From assembly GCA_009103225.1 (NCBI GenBank), contig RHPI01003729.1, positions 1 to 64,000 of the forward strand: DNA of 64,000 nucleotides. Reading direction: 5' to 3'. Below are positions 24,335-37,145 of the stretch, piece by piece. Under the pieces are notes generated by a model. It did not search any database. It was not told the origin of the DNA and saw only the letters and a program-made list of their open reading frames with translations. The position numbers were made by a program, and so were the translations under genes. Each line of letters begins with the position of its first letter. Position 1 is the first letter of the stretch. Origin of the DNA: Chlorokybus atmophyticus. Its lineage: Eukaryota > Plantae > Mesostigma and Chlorokybus algae.

Positions 24335-24925
24335 AGCAGTCCTCGCCAATGGTGAGGACTGTTGGCATACCTCCCGACCGACACAAGCTCCACACATTAG
24401 CAGCTGCCAAGTGCGGGAATATGCACGAGTTTATTGAAGCAAAACCACGTGTGACTAATGTAAAGCACTGCAGTAATCAGCAATTTGCCCCACTCCAATG
24501 ATCGACAATTGAATCGCTTGCTAATAGCCATGGTAAACTCGCAAAATTAACCGCCTATATTTGCCCGCAGCCGGCAACTAATATGTTGCCCGTACGCCTT
24601 GTTCGCAACATTGCAATGCAAGATATGTCGTTGATGTGAACTCACAGCCAAGTAATGACCAAGTAAGCCGCGTGTAAGTACCGCCTGCATGTACACGAGG
24701 TGTCTGTCACTGCATCTGCTGCAGCCCGTCTTGATGTAATACTTACATGTTTGCAACTTGCATCTCTGATTGAAGTGTCATGTGCTGCATCAATCTGTAG
24801 ACAACGCAACAATGCACTAGTCAACAAAAAAGATTCTCTCTGAATACCTCCACCTGAACACGGTACCCCAATGCACAATGGTGTCTCAACTACAATAAAC
24901 TGCTGCTGACCCCCCATTGTACAAG

Positions 24926-27900
24926 CTAGCTACCGTAGAACATGTACAGGCTGTTGGCAGCAGCGCACGCGATCATGTTTGCTTTGGGTAGCCAAGCCAT
25001 GTGCAAGAGCTTCGCACCGTAGTCATTGACTGTGTCTGAACCACCGGGGCTTGTTGCACCATCTGCCACCACATCGTCAGTTATGGTATACGGGTTATGT
25101 TCCAAGGCGGCACAGCACACACACACACACTTTCTGGCAGAGTGGAATTGTTGGCAACATGCAACTTCGCAACTTACTGCGTTTGGCACCACGTGCAAGG
25201 TTGCTCAAGCGGCTGCCGCTTTTGCCTGATGGAGGTACTTGCACGCGTCTGCCGAGATGAAACACTCAGAGTGAGTTTGGAACCGTACCCTCAAGTTGTA
25301 AGAACGAGATTCTGAACTTACTCTCCAAACTCACCTGAGTGGAGTCTTGCTGCACTCCAGTGTTAGGCCCTCATCTCCATTGATGGAGGTGTTGAACAGC
25401 CTGAACAGGTTGCTGCGGGATGCACAGACAACTGCTCAGTCCCAGGATTAGACCCCAAGCAACATTCGGTTCTGCCCACAGCAACTACCACACTGGACAC
25501 TACAATTGAGCCGAGCACTATACCCCTAGTAACCGTGACAATCAACCGTGCCTGACTAGAAAAGCCTCTACACCAGCTGCTACACGCATACATCGCCAGG
25601 CAAGGTCGTGGCCCCATGTGATACGTTATATTGGCGACAGAAATGTGCCATGATGCACAATTACAGCGCAACACAAGCTTGAGGTGACGAACCTGTATGA
25701 GCCAGTTGCAATCTGATCTCCTCTACTGCTGACCGCGCACTCAAACTTGTCAAAAATGGAGTCATTCTCATAAAGGTCGCACAACTTTGGTCGCAGCTGC
25801 TCGTGCACTTTGAACGTAGCCACCGGTGAGGACTCCATGTTGATGTCCCACAGCTGCATGCACCAGGAATGTTGAGCACAACCACACCATGTGCCACACC
25901 ATGATTGGCCGGCCAGATGACCTCTAAACAAAGGAAATGAGCAACACAAACTACCACTAACACCTGCGTGATACAAACACTCAACACCTCACCTTGAGGG
26001 TCATGTAGTCCCTTGAGCAGATGTAGCGGCCTCCGGCACAAAACTTGATGTCAGAGATTGACGCAATAATCTCTGAGAAAAAAGACCGACTGCCTGGCGG
26101 CTCCTGCTCTTCAAAGGACTTCGCATGCTGGTCGCAAAGTGCCTTGGCGCGCATGTCCGAAAGCCGAATGGACCCTTTTGATGACGAGTACGCAAATACG
26201 TGACAGTGCTTTGGATGGAACTCTGCTGCTGTAATAACCTGCGAGGCAATCAGACTTAGCCGTGCGCATGACAACGGCGGCAGAAATCTGTGAAACACAA
26301 TGCCTGTCTGCTCACCTCTGTCAAGTCCTCCATGTTGGCAGGCTTCATGTCAACAATGTTGAATGATTGGTCTGACACAGCCATGTGCCACAAGTTGACA
26401 CGCAGGTCATCCGCCGACATGTACGTCTCTCTGTCACTGTTGCAGGATATGGAGTTGATATGATAGGCATGTGCGTTGGCGTACACTCTCCGGCATCGAG
26501 CAGTGACAACTGTCTCCGAACTCTGCACCTGCAAAGTTGACATAGCATTAGTCACATGCTGGCGCAACCTCGCCTTTGAGCACAACCACCTTACAAAAGA
26601 AAACCCACACAAATTGACAAACCTGAGGCACATTAAGTCGAGTGATCCGTGACAAGTTGCCTGATCGTGTCCGCGTGGCAGGGCTGCCTACTGGACTAGC
26701 CGGTGTGCTAATGCTGGAATGCACGCCAGGCTGGCTCAAGTTGTAATTTGCCAAGTTTTTCACCTTCTTCTCAAACACCTGAGAGTTCAGGTGTCAGCCA
26801 CTGCGTGGCATGTGTCTGCCAGACACAGCATACCTTCCATAGCTTGATGGTTTTGTCATTGGTTGAGAGGACAAATCGCGCACCATTGGAGCTCTCACAC
26901 CACCTGATCTTGTTTATTTTTTCTTCAATTTCCAAACTCTTGAGGTAATCAAACTGTGTAGAAAAGACAACTAGTCAGTGCCACATTGCCAACAGTCAAA
27001 GTTGTCTAAGTAGACTCAGAAGGTCTCTGCATAGACAAGCTCTTAACTATGCAAGTGAACAGCAACAAGATCTGCCAACTGCTATGAATGAGGCCATGCC
27101 AGTACCTCTGGTTCGTGGCTTTGAAACTCGGTAGAGTATCGAAACTCAACACCTCGCTGAGCCGGACCACCGCGCTCTGCTGCACGCCTACCATTAACCT
27201 GCAGCAGTCGGCGCATTGAGCAAACAGCGAGGAAGCAACTTTGCACTGCTGCCACCAGGATCACTACGTTGACCGCTTACTAGTTGCGAGGAGTCCACCC
27301 GTTCAAACAACACAACTCTGCCTCCTCTATCGCCGGTGGCCAGGTGGTTACCGGACCGATCAAACTCGATGGCGCTGATGATGTCCGCTGGAGTACAGAG
27401 TATCAGTATGTGACTGCTTGCAGCAACATGTAGGCCCTGACTAGCCGTGTCAAGCTGAATATGTACTTGCAATTGGCTACTGTAGGAGTTACACGTCTTC
27501 TAGCTACTTGTCAACAATAGTTTGTGTGCTGCAAGCCATACAAACAACTGTCAAAATGAACTGTGGACACTGCTTCTCGGTTGTCCAATGCAGGCAACAA
27601 AGCACTGACCGTGCACTGCGGCAAGAATGTGAAGCCAAGTGTGCTGCGTACGGGGTGTGCTAGGCAACAAGTAAACTAGTTTTGTCAGCCATGCCTAACA
27701 CGAAATAAAGGCACACATGCGTATCAGACGTGCAGCACTGAGCCCTTACAAAGTTAGCTATATGAGCACGTGCTTGAGGCATGCAATGGCTCGCAACAAA
27801 CGCCGCAGGAGGGATTATCAGGAAATTCACGCATCTACACCAAGTGCGCACATACCGGCCCATGTGATGGACACAACAAGATAACGCACACACAGTACGG

Positions 27901-28162
27901 GACTCTATGCAGACGAGTACGATCAATTGTGGTCCGTTTGCCACTCACCCTCTTGCACCTCCTCCCCAGGAGCACGTTCGCCAAACACCTGCCCAAACTT
28001 CCACTCAAGCGGGGGCGAGGCGGTAGCAGCAGCCAGCACAGCGCCAGAGGCAGTCCCGCTGTTGGAGGTGGGCAGCAAGGTGGAGGCGGCGGCAGCGGTG
28101 GCGGCGGCGGTGGAGACGGGGCCTGCTGGAGGGGCCACCGTGCTGGCCGGACCGTTCCGCAT
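24926..28162 (-). CDS. PPP2R2: PP2A regulatory subunit B (B55/PR55), multi-exon
   Basis: [138 protein letters not shown]. Confidence 0.97.
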
Positions 28163-28585
28163 TGTGATGATGGAAGCTGTCAAGCTGTTGCAGCACTCCC
28201 ACCCCACTCTCTCTCCCCTTACCTCCACCACCACCAGCCACCTCAAACCCCTCCCATCATCCTGGTGGCACCACCATGAAGAAGGAGATCACAGCTTCCG
28301 CTGATACTCTCCCTCACACCCACAAACACACAAGCAATTCCCAGCCTAACAACCCAACCACAACTCTTCCTCTCCCTCAGCGCATCCAGCAGGTATTTTG
28401 AGCCCCGCCCGGCGCTCAACTTGCCCCTCTGCGATGCAGGGCGCAGGCGATCTCCCCCAGCAACAACGCAGATGCGCAGGCGAGGGCCGGCGACAACGGC
28501 GGCGACACCCGCAGCAATGCCGCCACCACCAAGCAGCAAGTATATATGGGGTCGGTTAGTTAAGGCAAAGGGCCCTTAAGGACAC

Positions 28586-28594
28586 AAACCCTAA
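28586..28594 (+). promoter_or_regulatory. Telo-box in the PP2A-B/CCT7 divergent promoter
   Basis: AAACCCTAA next to GGGCCC (site II-like). A second AACCCTAA is at 28804-28811. Confidence 0.55.
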
Positions 28595-28879
28595 AGTCAG
28601 TTTCGTAACTTCCGTCCCGGTAGGCCTTAACCATGCCAAAAGGCCTTAACTCCAGTTTGCTGAAACAGCTTGAAACGCCAGCGTCATTATTAACGGATGC
28701 CCAGCCTCAGCTTTGTGGTACACCATGGCAATGCGCGACGCTGGTGTAACTGTTTTTCCCTCCGTGCACTCCTTATGTTTTAACGCCCTAATGCTGCAAT
28801 TCTAACCCTAAATTGTAACCGGCGCCTTCAAGCAGGCGGCGGCGGCGGCCGCGTGTGGTTGCCGGCGGCGTTGTTCACC

Positions 28880-31800
28880 ATGGCGAGCGGCATGATGGTT
28901 TGTTTCTCTTTGCGGTGTTTGGCAACTGGTTGCAGCTGCAGATTGTACTCTGCAAATTGCTAGCGCAGCTTGTCAAGCAGCATGCGGCGTGGCATTTTGC
29001 GGAGCACTCTCTTTATGCTCCGTGCAATGCTGTTAGCTACAGAGACCCTGCTTCATTAAACGTATGTTGCTTACTTGCTTGAGAGTCGGCATAAGCTTGC
29101 TAACAAGAGAGACGTCTTGCATACTGCGCTGCACTGTGTTAGGTGGCATTCACAATTGCATGTGTCGCTGAGTTCCGTAGATGGTTCTTATGTTAGATCA
29201 GACTCGTAATGTGTGTGCACGTTGTCAGCTTTTTGATGACGCAACTGTTGCTTCTGCGACTTGTGTTGCAGCAACCTCAAATTATACTCTTGAAAGAAGG
29301 CACAGATGAGTCCCAGGGCAAGCCGCAGCTTATCAGCAACATCAACGCTTGCATGGCAGTCGTTGAGGCGGTAAGCAAGTGTGCCAATATTGGCTCGCAG
29401 ATTGGTTGGGAGGGACGATACTCTTGCATTGCAGCAAACACTGCATGCATACATGCAGTGTCTGTTGCAAGCTGTTCAGCTTAGTACTTGTGTGTATGTT
29501 GCCTTCACATCAACCGTCACAACCATGATTGATCTCCTGCATTGCTTGCTCTTGACATTTTCTGGCACATTGTAGATACGCACTACGCTTGGCCCAAGAG
29601 GCATGGACAAGCTCGTTCACGACGACAAGGGAAACACAACGATATCCAACGATGGAGCCACCATCATGAGGCTACTAGAGATTGTACACCCTGCTGCGAA
29701 GACGCTGGTGGACATCGCCAAGTCTCAAGACTCTGAGGTACATACCCATCACCCATTATGCTACACAGCATGCCTGTGCTTTGCAGCTGGTGAGCATGCA
29801 CCTTTGTATTGGTGTTGTGCAGGTTGGTGATGGCACGACAACGGTTGTGCTGCTGGCGGGTGAGCTGCTTAAAGAAAGTAAGAGCTTTGTTGAGGATGGA
29901 GTGCATCCACAAACCATCATCCGATCCTTCAGAACTGCTGCCGACTTGGTGAGTTCGCAGGACATGCAAAACAGTACGTGCGCTCGCCACATGTTCCTTT
30001 TGGTCGCTTGAGTGCTTAAATCAGAGGATGATAAGCGCTTCGTTCTCGGTTGTGATGCCACATTGGACTTCCCAACAACGTTGCGTGGCAGGCGATCGCT
30101 CATGTCAAGGAGTTGGCCACAAGTATTGAAGGCAAGGATCCTGAGGAGCGTGCCAGTTTGCTGGAGAAGTGTGCAGAGACATCACTCAGCAGCAAGCTTG
30201 TGGGCGGGGAGAAGCAGTTCTTTGGCAAGATGGTCGTGGATGCGGTCTTGAGTCTTGATGACGATGTTCCCTTGAACATGATCGGCGTCAAAAAGGTATG
30301 CAATGTATGGTCTCATGGTTGACGCAGGTGCAGGTGCTTCCCTAAGTTATCACTCGTCCAGAGTAACTTGCTGGTTTGCAATATGTGCATGTCAAAGCAC
30401 TCAACCGCAGTCAGTTATGCCATGTTGGAGTGATTGCAGTAATGCAGCGGTGCAGCGTATAGCAAAATAGTTGTGTGATTGGCATAACCAATATTTATTG
30501 CGCACACTTCAGGTCAAGGGCGGTACAATGCGAGACTCGTTCTTGGTTAAGGGCGTGGCATTCAAGAAGACCTTTTCGTATGCTGGCTTTGAACAGCAGC
30601 CAAAGTCGTTTACCGACCCCAAGATTCTGCTTCTGAATGTTGAGCTGGAGTTGAAGTCCGAGAAGGAAAACGCTGAAGTTAGGTACGCTTGCAAACTGTC
30701 ATGCGTGCACGTGCACATGTGCGTTTGTTGCTTCACACAGCACTGGGCACTATGCAATTCATATATTGTTTTGGTTGTGTACGTCTGGGTTTGCAGGTTG
30801 TCAGACCCTGCACAGTACCAGTCTATTGTGGACGCAGAGTGGAACATCATCTATGATAAGCTGGACAAGTGTGTCGCATCGGGTGCAAAGATCGTCCTGT
30901 CCCGGCTTGCCATTGGGGATCTTGCCACGCAGTATTTCGCTGATCGCGACATCTTTTGTGCCGGACGCGTCACCGAGGACGATCTTCAGCGCGTTGCAAA
31001 GGCCACAGGTGAAGACCTTGACTGCTTAAGTTTATATGTTGTACAAGTATGCCATTTGTTGGATCGCACAACGCTAACAATTACCATCACAATGCGCGTG
31101 GTCAAGTTGCCAAGAACCAATCAACCACTCCACCCCGCTAACAAAACACTTGCTTGATACGTACGCAATGCTTTGCTTGAACTCTTTTTGTACTGCAGGT
31201 GGAGCTGTACAAACAAGCGTTAACAACTTGGTACCAGAGGTGTTGGGCTTCTGCCACACGTTTGAAGAACGACAGGTTTGTGCGCTTGACTGTTTGTTCA
31301 CCTGCAAGCATGCATGCCAACATGTGCTCGGCAGGTTGGTGGGGAGAGGTACAACATCTTTGAAGGATGTGAGAACGCGAAGACCGCTACGATTGTGCTG
31401 CGAGGGGGCGCAGATCAGTTCATTGAAGAGGCTGATAGGTCGCTACACGACGCCATCATGATTGTGCGTCGCGCTGTCAAGAACTCCACCGTTGTCCCTG
31501 GCGGTGGTGCCATTGATATGGAGGTGAGCGCTCAATGGTGGATCGCACCTAACATCTTGCAACATTGATAAAGGCATGTTGTTCTCAATGTATATGTCGA
31601 CCTTCCCTCTCGCTGCATTCCAGGAGAGTTGTTCTTTTGCTCACAAAAAGGAGCACTGGAGTTGCATGCATAAATGACACTTGGTTGGCAACAGGTGAGT
31701 CGCTATCTGCGGGAGTACTCACGTGGCATCGCTGGCAAGTCACAACTGTTCATCAACGCCTACGCGCGGGCGCTGGAGGTGATCCCGAGACAGTTATGTG

Positions 31801-32123
31801 ACAACGCCGGGTTTGACGCGACGGACGTGTTGAACAAGCTGAGGCAGAAGCACGCGCTGCCGTCGGGAGAGGGCAAGAACTTCGGCGTGGATATAAACAC
31901 AGGGGGAATCGTGGACACGTTTGGGAGCTTTGTTTGGGAGCCGAGCCTGGTGAAAGTCAATGCTTTAAACGCAGCCACTGAGGCCGCGTGCTTGATACTT
32001 GCCGTAGATGAAACAGTTCGCAATCCCGCATCAGAGGCTGCAGACAGTAACGCAGCTAAGGCTATGGGTATGGGTAGGGGACGAGGCATGCCTGGGCGCG
32101 GGCGTGGCATGCGCAGGCGGTGA
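28880..32123 (+). CDS. CCT7: T-complex protein 1 subunit eta (chaperonin CCT7), 11 exons
   Basis: [82 protein letters not shown]-like [15 protein letters not shown]-terminal GRGRG tail. Confidence 0.98.
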
Positions 32124-32678
32124 TGGCCGCTGTGTATAATTCTCCATGTCTCTCTTCACATGTTGGTGTGCGTGTGTTGTGCAAATGTGCCGAGGATGTC
32201 ATTTGAGAAAGCGGCCGCTGCATACTGCAATTCAAAGCGTAAGCACAGCACCACAGTACCTGGGGCTTGCTATGCATGACCAGCATGTGCGTACAATGTG
32301 GCGTATGTATGCTCATGTGCTATAAGAATTACAGTGACAAATTTGGCTGGCGTGCATGTTTGTGCTGGTTGGTCTCGCGACCTCACTTGTACAGTTGTCA
32401 GCATGCCAGCAAAGCACCAAGCTGTACTGATCGGAGGTCCTGACAAACGGTATTTAATGGTTTGCCGTCGGGAGCAGACAGGGTATGCCTATGTTGCTTT
32501 GCGACACGGCAGTCTACACACAAGCAGTTGACCCGTCATGTGTTGTACAATATGGCTTGCAATGGCCTCATACAATTGACATCTACAAAGCGAATCTTGG
32601 TGTGAGTGCATGCTACATGAATGTGACGACAAGCCCACATGGCCATGGCTGGCAAATGATAGCCAAGTGACAACTAAC

Positions 32679-35600
32679 CTAATTCAGTTTGCTGAGATCC
32701 CAAGCTCGGACAGTGTGGTCATCAGAACCTGCGTAGAGGGTTGGACCAACAAGCAACAGGCACTTCACGCCCTTGCGATGGCCGGATAGAGTGGCAGCCA
32801 GCTGCATGTCCGGCAGCCTCCACGCCTTGATGATGGGCGCATCGGATGCGGTCAGCAGATAGGAATTGTACAGCGCCATCGCATTGATGCGTTCCACATG
32901 GGCGGTGAAGTTTGTCAAGGCTGTATACGTGGTTATCGACCAGACGTGCACAATGCCATCGCTGCCGCCACTATACAGGACGTTGTCACGTATTGCAAGT
33001 GCGGTCACTTCTTCTCTGTGTGCCAGCAAGTCGCTGACCAACAGACCAGTCTCAGTATTCCAAACCTGCATCACATTCACCATCAGTTCCAGTCACACAG
33101 TGCTACTTTAATTTTAGCAACACCATATACTCGTTTGAGCTGTGCTTGAGGCAGTGGTCTGAGATTGTACAACCAACAAGAGTCATGTGCGGCATGACAT
33201 GTGCAACCCATACACATGCTCACATACAAACTCGCACAAGCATCCCCCAGCGCGCACACACACATGTGCACACGCACAAGCCAATGTCTTTGCACATGCG
33301 TCAAGTACAACCCAGACCTTGACAACGCCATCTTCACCTCCCGATACCAGACACCGCAAGTTAGCTGCTGCCAGCGCTAGCACATTGCCCGTATGCCCTT
33401 CAAGCACGGCAACCTGTGTTTCTGTTGCCAGATCCAACATGTGCACGCATACATCGCAGGCAGCGTACAATCGGTTGCCAATAACGTCAATCCCCTGCGA
33501 TGCGCAGTTAATTGCAATACGACCATTAGTGCAACCCGCCCTCAGGTATATTATAGAAGTGCATAACAGGCCACATACCTGCACAGGTGTCTGTTTTCCG
33601 ATCATCAATTTGCACTGAACTGCTCGATCAGTAAGGTTGCGAACAACTACTTCACCCTTTTCTGCAGCGCAAAGCAACCTGTGCGCAACGGCTAAGGAGC
33701 TGACGCTGCCGTTCTCCGCTGGGATTGTGGCAATAAGGCGATGCTCAGGACAAGTACGCACCTGCGCATATTGTGCAACCAGCTTAGAATAGCTAATTGT
33801 TTTGGAGTAGCATCAGATACAATTTAAGTGAGACGCACCTTGATGGTGCCATCTGTGGACCCGCTGTACAGGCAGCCCTCGGCGTATGCGAGGCATGTGA
33901 CTGGAGCGCGATGGCCAATCAGTTGAACGGCTGAAGGACAATCTTGCATGAACTGCAAGGGCAAGCGTTGTTGTAGTGACACAACACCACACCTCCTGCA
34001 GCACACAAACACCGGGCATACCTGTGGGACGTACAGGCTTTTAGCAACGTGCTGTCTCATGGCCTGATCCGCAGAATAGTGCCGTGCGAGGTGGACATCG
34101 TGGACGCCTGGACGTGTATCCGCCGGAAGCGATATGCCAGTTTCCAATGGGTGCGGGTTGGTTGTTGACTCAGTTCTTGTTGATGCTGGCATGCGCTGGG
34201 ACTGAAGGCAGGTGTATATATCGTGAAACGTGGGGCGAGCAATGGGATGGATCTTAAAACACCATGACAGGAGCTGCCGGGCTATGGGTGGAAGAATTTG
34301 TGGTAGCTGAGGGTGTTTGGACAGGACAAAAACCTGCATGAACATCAAGCAGCGTTGAAGAATGAGGCGTTGCTTTGCGCATGCAAACATGCGTTACATA
34401 CCTGACGGCGAATGTCCTCTGCTTCAAGGTCATGCCAGGTAGGCTTGCCTGTGCTCATCTCAAGCAGAAGACAACCAAAAGCCCACACATCGGCCATTTG
34501 GTTCCCTTGAAAACCTGCTGTCCACGCTTCTGGTGCAATGTAATGCGGGGATATGGGCACTACGCGCTTGCTAAGCTTTTCCACAATGGAGGCAACGATG
34601 CCGTACTCCGACAACAGCACGTTGTCAAACTCATCCAACTGACATAACCACATGCAAAGCACAAGATCGTCAAGCTGACTCATTGCATGTGGATTCCGCA
34701 GAACAGCATCGCACCCAACAATGCGGTTTAACTCACCTTGAAGTTGTGAGGGTCCATGTGACGCATGGCCACTCCCTCTCCATGAATCTCTATCATCGCC
34801 TTGCATATGTCTAGCGCATACTTCTGAACCTGTGCATAGAGAGCTTCTGAACACAAAGTGATCTTTACCACTTACTCCAAGCTGTGAAAGCCACGTCACA
34901 ACTTAACATGCAAGCTTGCACACATACACAGCAGTTGCTCTTATGTTACTACCGCAGTACCTGATCCCATGAAAGGCCGGAAGGAGATATCTGGGCGGCA
35001 ATATCTTGCTTGTACCGCTTGGTCACAAGGTACAGCTGTCCATTTAGCTTCTTGCATGCTCCATACACCTTAACCATGTGGTTGCATCTAGCCGACAGCT
35101 GCTGCAAGCCTTTGAAAGCACTCTTGACATTGCGTTCATCCCAACCACCTGATTGCGCAAGAAGCTTCCAACATTGATCGTATAGCACAAGATGATGCAT
35201 GCCTTGAGACAGATAATGAAGTTGCCTACCTGGTAACTCGATGAATCTTGCCATAGCGTCACGCACTGCAGTGCCGTCATGGAACCTAGCCTCCATGAGG
35301 TCACCAATGAGGTCGTGCTGCAGCGCTCCGCCCAGAACCACATCTTCCGGGTCCAGCCACCAGTCTGCATCACCAGCAGAAGTTGTCGGCACCTGCCAGT
35401 AAAATTAGGTATAAAGTCCAATGGTATGCACACTACCACCGTGCGCATTAAGTAGTATGTACACATAATGATTGGCTCGGCACACGAGCTGGCCACAGCA
35501 TAGACATACCAAACATTTCGCACCCAAAGTCCATTGCAAGCACTGATCGCCATTGCAATGGGAGAAAAGGCATGCTAATACGCGTTGTAGCATGGCTACA

Positions 35601-36021
35601 AAGCACTTAGGGATGGGTGGTTGCTCTCCCCTTCCCCCTAGGCGCACCGCATGTTCACACCCACACAAAGCAATTGTGCACATACAACGCTCGTCATGAA
35701 ATTCAATTGCATACATGTACAGCACAGGGCTGTATGTTTGAGGAAACGATGTACCTCATCATTGGCCTTCAATGAGACTCTTTCCAGCATGCGCAGCAGC
35801 GCGAAGTTTTTAGGGAGCATGCTAATGCCATCCGCAGGCGCACGGGTAGCACGCTTGCACTCCGGACAGCGCAGGTACAGTGTGTTCTGTACGAGACGCA
35901 CACAGCACTTCTGGCAGAAAGTGTGCCCGCACAGCAGCAGTCGGGGGATGAACTCAACGTCATCGTACGTCTCCGCGCATATGTTACAAAGAAAGGCGTC
36001 CTCATCTTGATTTGTCGCCAT
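32679..36021 (-). CDS. RING finger - pseudokinase - WD40-repeat protein (KEG-like N-terminal half), putative E3 ligase
   Basis: RING-HC CNICAETYDDVEFIPRLLLCGHTFCQKC..CPECK followed by PKNFALL. The kinase fold keeps HYIAPE, DVWAFGCLLLEM and RPTF, but has AVRD, MRHMDPHN and SEYG at the catalytic motifs. About 7 WD40 repeats follow (GHRAPVTCL..DGTIK; GHTGNVLAL..DGVVKVW; GHRKGVKCL..DHTVRAWD). Confidence 0.85.
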
Positions 36022-37145
36022 CCGCTACCCGCATGCAGCTCGTGCTTCACTGTCGGGGGTGTACTAACACCATTGTATTGGCGAAAGATAATGTGGCCAT
36101 CGGATGCAGTGCTGCATATTGATATTCCCCGTTGAACTCTAAAACCGCGCGCTACAAACTGCAGATGAGAAAGCAACCAGTGCATTAGAGCAATGAGGCT
36201 GCTTATGAGCTGTGTGGCTGGGGTCATTGGCATATTCTGCATTCGAGTACAGTGAGAGACCATTGTTTGCTACAACAGCAACTATTACCTGTGCATTGTA
36301 CTGCTGGATGGCTAAGGCTGCAACAGTACTTTGACCACAAAGCGGCACTTGGCAAGTTCGGCGTCTGTATTGAAGTCGCAACCATCAACTGTCGTATACT
36401 GCGTGCTGCATATCAGCAGTGCTTGCTCGCACGTTTCTGCCGTGTTCAAGGCCAGTCGCAAGCGATTATTGTCTCTTGCGACGTAATGTGTTGCCCTGAA
36501 ACCCCCGCCAACTGGCGCTGCAGGACGGTAACGACCGACCTGTGGTGTTGACAGAGTGTTGAAACAATCAACGACAATATCAAGGAAACGAACGCTAATG
36601 CTAGTTGTGCCAGAACTGCGGGCAACAGCACAAGACAAGCATTACAAACTATGCTTGTGGTGGCACTATCGCTACGGTGCTGGTGACTGCTTACAGCAGC
36701 ACTTGCGCACAGACCTGCGTGGCTTCCAACCAGACCAGCTGCGCAAAATGCTGCGTCCCCACAGACTAGCCTATAGCAGAAGGCGCCCCACCGAAGCGCT
36801 ACCAGCAGTCGGAGGAATCAGTCCTACGATCCCCACAAGCTTGACGACCACACCGACGACGCCGTCACCTCCGCCAACACCGCCAGGCAAAACGACAAGC
36901 TTGCGTACATATATCGGTCTGGACCAGAGCGGCGCCCGCCCGCGCCAGTCGGCACAGCTCTGCAGTGCGCGTTTCCGTAGCGGCGCACTCCGCTACGGAA
37001 GAGCACGCGAGCGGGCATTTTGTCTGTGCGGCGGCGTAGCACTGCACGCAGGCGGCGGCGACGTTGCTGGCGTCGGCGACGGGGTAGGTGGTAGGCGGTT
37101 GTACGTGAGGTTGCAGGTAGCAGCTCGAGAGGATAGCAGCTAGTC

